NCBI GenBank assembly: GCA_002269645.1
Contig: NIVC01000873.1
Span: forward strand, 184,725-248,724
DNA from: Macrostomum lignano
Lineage: Eukaryota
Reading direction: 5' to 3'
Length of the DNA: 64,000 nt
Under the pieces are notes generated by a model. It did not search any database and was not told the origin of the DNA. It worked only from the letters and a program-made list of their open reading frames with translations. The position numbers and the translations under genes are program-made. This document shows positions 61,582 through 64,000 of this stretch, piece by piece. Numbering within the stretch: position 1 is the stretch's first letter; each line of letters opens with the position of its first letter.

Positions 61582-62289
61582 CTGCTACTGGGTGTCTTCT
61601 GTTCCCAACTGTTGCTTCTGCCGCGTGGTTGAGACTGGGCGTTGCTGCTTTTATCTAAAAGATTTTTAGTGTAGGTGGGTGGACTGCTTTTGGGTAGGCG
61701 CCTTTGCACGGAGCTCTGTTGGAAGAAAGAGACGCTTTGGTCAAGAGAGCCGACAGCACGCGCTGATCACGCGCTCAAGAGCTTGTCTAGCCTCTCAAGA
61801 TAGCCCCCCGATTCGGTTCAGTCACCACTGGCGATCAAGAAATGGATGGAGAGATTTTAGAACGTGTGAGAAAGAGGAGAGGGAGATTGGGAGTACCAAA
61901 ACAACACCCCCTTGTTTGAGGCCGCTGCTCACGCTATGCTGAGTGTGCGCGAGCGTTTGAGCCGCTGCGATAGACTGCGCGTGAGTAAACAGTAGCAGCT
62001 TGTAAAATTTCCCGCCTGAAATTAAAGGCAAACAAGAGCGAAGGAGTGAGAAAGAGAGAGATGAGGTGGCACTGGGCAAAGATGAGGGGACGCCCTTCCC
62101 GGAGGGCACAGAGAGGGATCAGCGGTTTCGGGGAACACCCGGCCAGTGGGCGGGCCAGCCCTTGCCAGCCGTCTGCTGTAAGTCCCTTTCACAACAAGCC
62201 GGAGGGCCTTCCTCTCCCATTCTCGGAGCCGGGCCTGTGCGGTTGGTGGGCGGGGGTTCGATAGCCTGCATGGTAGGCTGGGCGCAAAA

Positions 62290-62412
<123 letters not shown>

Positions 62413-63356
62413 CTCCAACTCTTTAGCCTGAGCTGCCGACTGGCAAACAAACACGGAGATGATGATTCAAGTCGATTAGGCGGCCTCCTAGAGCGAGGCC
62501 AATTCTAACTTATTGCCGGCTGGGCTGCATGGGCTGACTTCATGATGAAGAATGGAATAATTTACTGCCTTAGCTAGGCTTCGAGTCCAGTTGAATGCGT
62601 TGAGTTGGTTGGGGTAACTCCTCCCAAGCTCAGAGAGAAGAAGTGGCTGATCAGATATGAGCACTAGCGCATCTGGCTCAAATTTTCTCCAGCATTCATA
62701 TTGATCACTATCGATGCTTTTGTAAATTTATGTCTCTCACCCCAAAGAAACACACCAAAAGCGCTGTGAGCTATTTCTAATATTTATCTTGGTTTACACC
62801 CGGGTCATAGCCGGTGTAGTTGACGCTCGTCACTAGGAGTTCGCCGCGATGCTTGCTGGTCGCGGAGGCGTCAGGGGAGGAGGGGTTGTTGAAAAATCAG
62901 TCAGCAAACAGAAGCCAACCGCGGGATCGTCACTAATGGATTTGCATAACGCCTCACGCGTTAGAGCCGAGAGTGAAATTGAGAGGGACAGAGAGAGAGA
63001 GAGCAGAGTGGGCGTGCGTCTGCATGGCTGTCGGAGTGTCGGGTTGCTGTAATTCAATGAGCCGTGGGCTGCTGCTGCTGCCGCTGCTAATGAATACGGA
63101 GAGGGAGGCGCCTGGCTTATCCTCGGGGCATCTGCATCATTTAAACTGCGCCACCCATTTCTAGCGACCGCGATACCAATGTTAAGCGATACACGATCGA
63201 GTGTTTACCCCCAACAGGGCTGAGTGTCGGTGGAGTGGTGACGCATCCAACCCTTGTACCAAGCTATACTGGGTTCGACAAGTCAGGTTAGGTTAGATGC
63301 ACAGGTGTGTGCATGCTCATGAACCTTCTTTGTTTTTTGCCTCATTGCTGGTGCAG

Positions 63357-63678
63357 CCTAGGAGGTTGTAGCCTAGTGTGGTTAGAGCATCGAACTCATG
63401 ATTTGGAGGTCGGGGTTCGATTTCGATCCGCTGGAACAATTTGTACCCTTGAAGCAAGACACTTAACTCTGCATTGCTTCAGTTCACCCAGCTGTAAAAT
63501 GGGTGCCAGCATTAGCTGGGGTAATTGAGGGTGTGTGTGGCGACCCCCAGTCCGTAGACTGAACAGCCGTAAGCAGCCTTCAGATGCGCCGCGCAATAGC
63601 TGCGGCTGAGCTGTCGGTTGCACATCTGGCCATCAGGGCAGGTGTAATCAATTACGAGGCGTATTATTATTTATTATT
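63357..63678 (+). mobile_element. tRNA-derived SINE with a CORE (MIR-like) central domain and a (TAT)n tail
   Basis: Head has A-box tagcctagtgtggttaga and B-box-like ggggttcgatt. The centre ttgtacccttgaagcaagacacttaactct...cttcagttcacccagctgtaaaatggg resembles the MIR CORE. It ends tattattatttattatt, and a second, split copy lies at 31830-32412. Confidence 0.8.
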
Positions 63679-64000
63679 GGGTGCTGGGCAACTGCTGCTA
63701 GAAGGTGCGCCAACCATCCAGCTCCCCTGTTCGAGTGAAATAAGTTTCAGGATTCCAGCTATGCGCAGTACCGCATGGCTGGGGCAGTGAGAGCTTCCTG
63801 GGCAGCGTTAAGGCATTTTGAACCCAGGCCAATACCTCATGACCCTCCAGTCTTTCTGAGCACTCGCCAGCACACGGAGAGCACCAAGTTGAAGAGAAAG
63901 AAGCTTGCGTGACAACAAGCTGCACAAACCTCCGGCAGTTCAGCGTCTTCTGCTTGAAATAGCTGATGCTTTGGGGAGGAGGGGCTCTAGAAGGAGAGGT

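Noticed and set aside
63357-63430. tRNA gene
   Set aside because: The cloverleaf is imperfect and it continues into a CORE domain and tail, so it is a SINE head.
63698-64000. Minus-strand 75-aa ORF at the window end
   Set aside because: No recognisable motif in any frame, and too little context to call.

Overview
This is eukaryotic (animal) genomic DNA. GC-rich, CpG-rich exons sit among AT-rich, CpG-poor, transposon-strewn intergenic DNA, and most introns are filled with micro- or minisatellites. The style resembles a macrostomid flatworm such as Macrostomum, which is an inference from sequence style only. Contents in order: a decayed I-group LINE (endonuclease end, RT, RNase H, CCHC) at the left edge; several MITE/foldback elements; an ALK1/2 (Saxophone)-type TGF-beta type I receptor; a 4-exon orphan Cys-rich protein; an intronless, divergent plasma-membrane-type syntaxin; a 6-exon Tonsoku-like (TONSL) gene; two tandem 3-exon FABP-like genes; a short SINA/Siah-like RING-zinc-finger gene; a 6-exon, 7-cadherin-repeat protocadherin; and a tRNA-derived CORE-type SINE. 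The most interesting pattern: TONSL and the syntaxin each begin at a phase-0 splice acceptor exactly where the protein N-terminus should be, with no in-frame ATG. This fits start codons supplied by the AUG-ending flatworm spliced leader. All exon models were derived by eye from reading frames and GT/AG sites.
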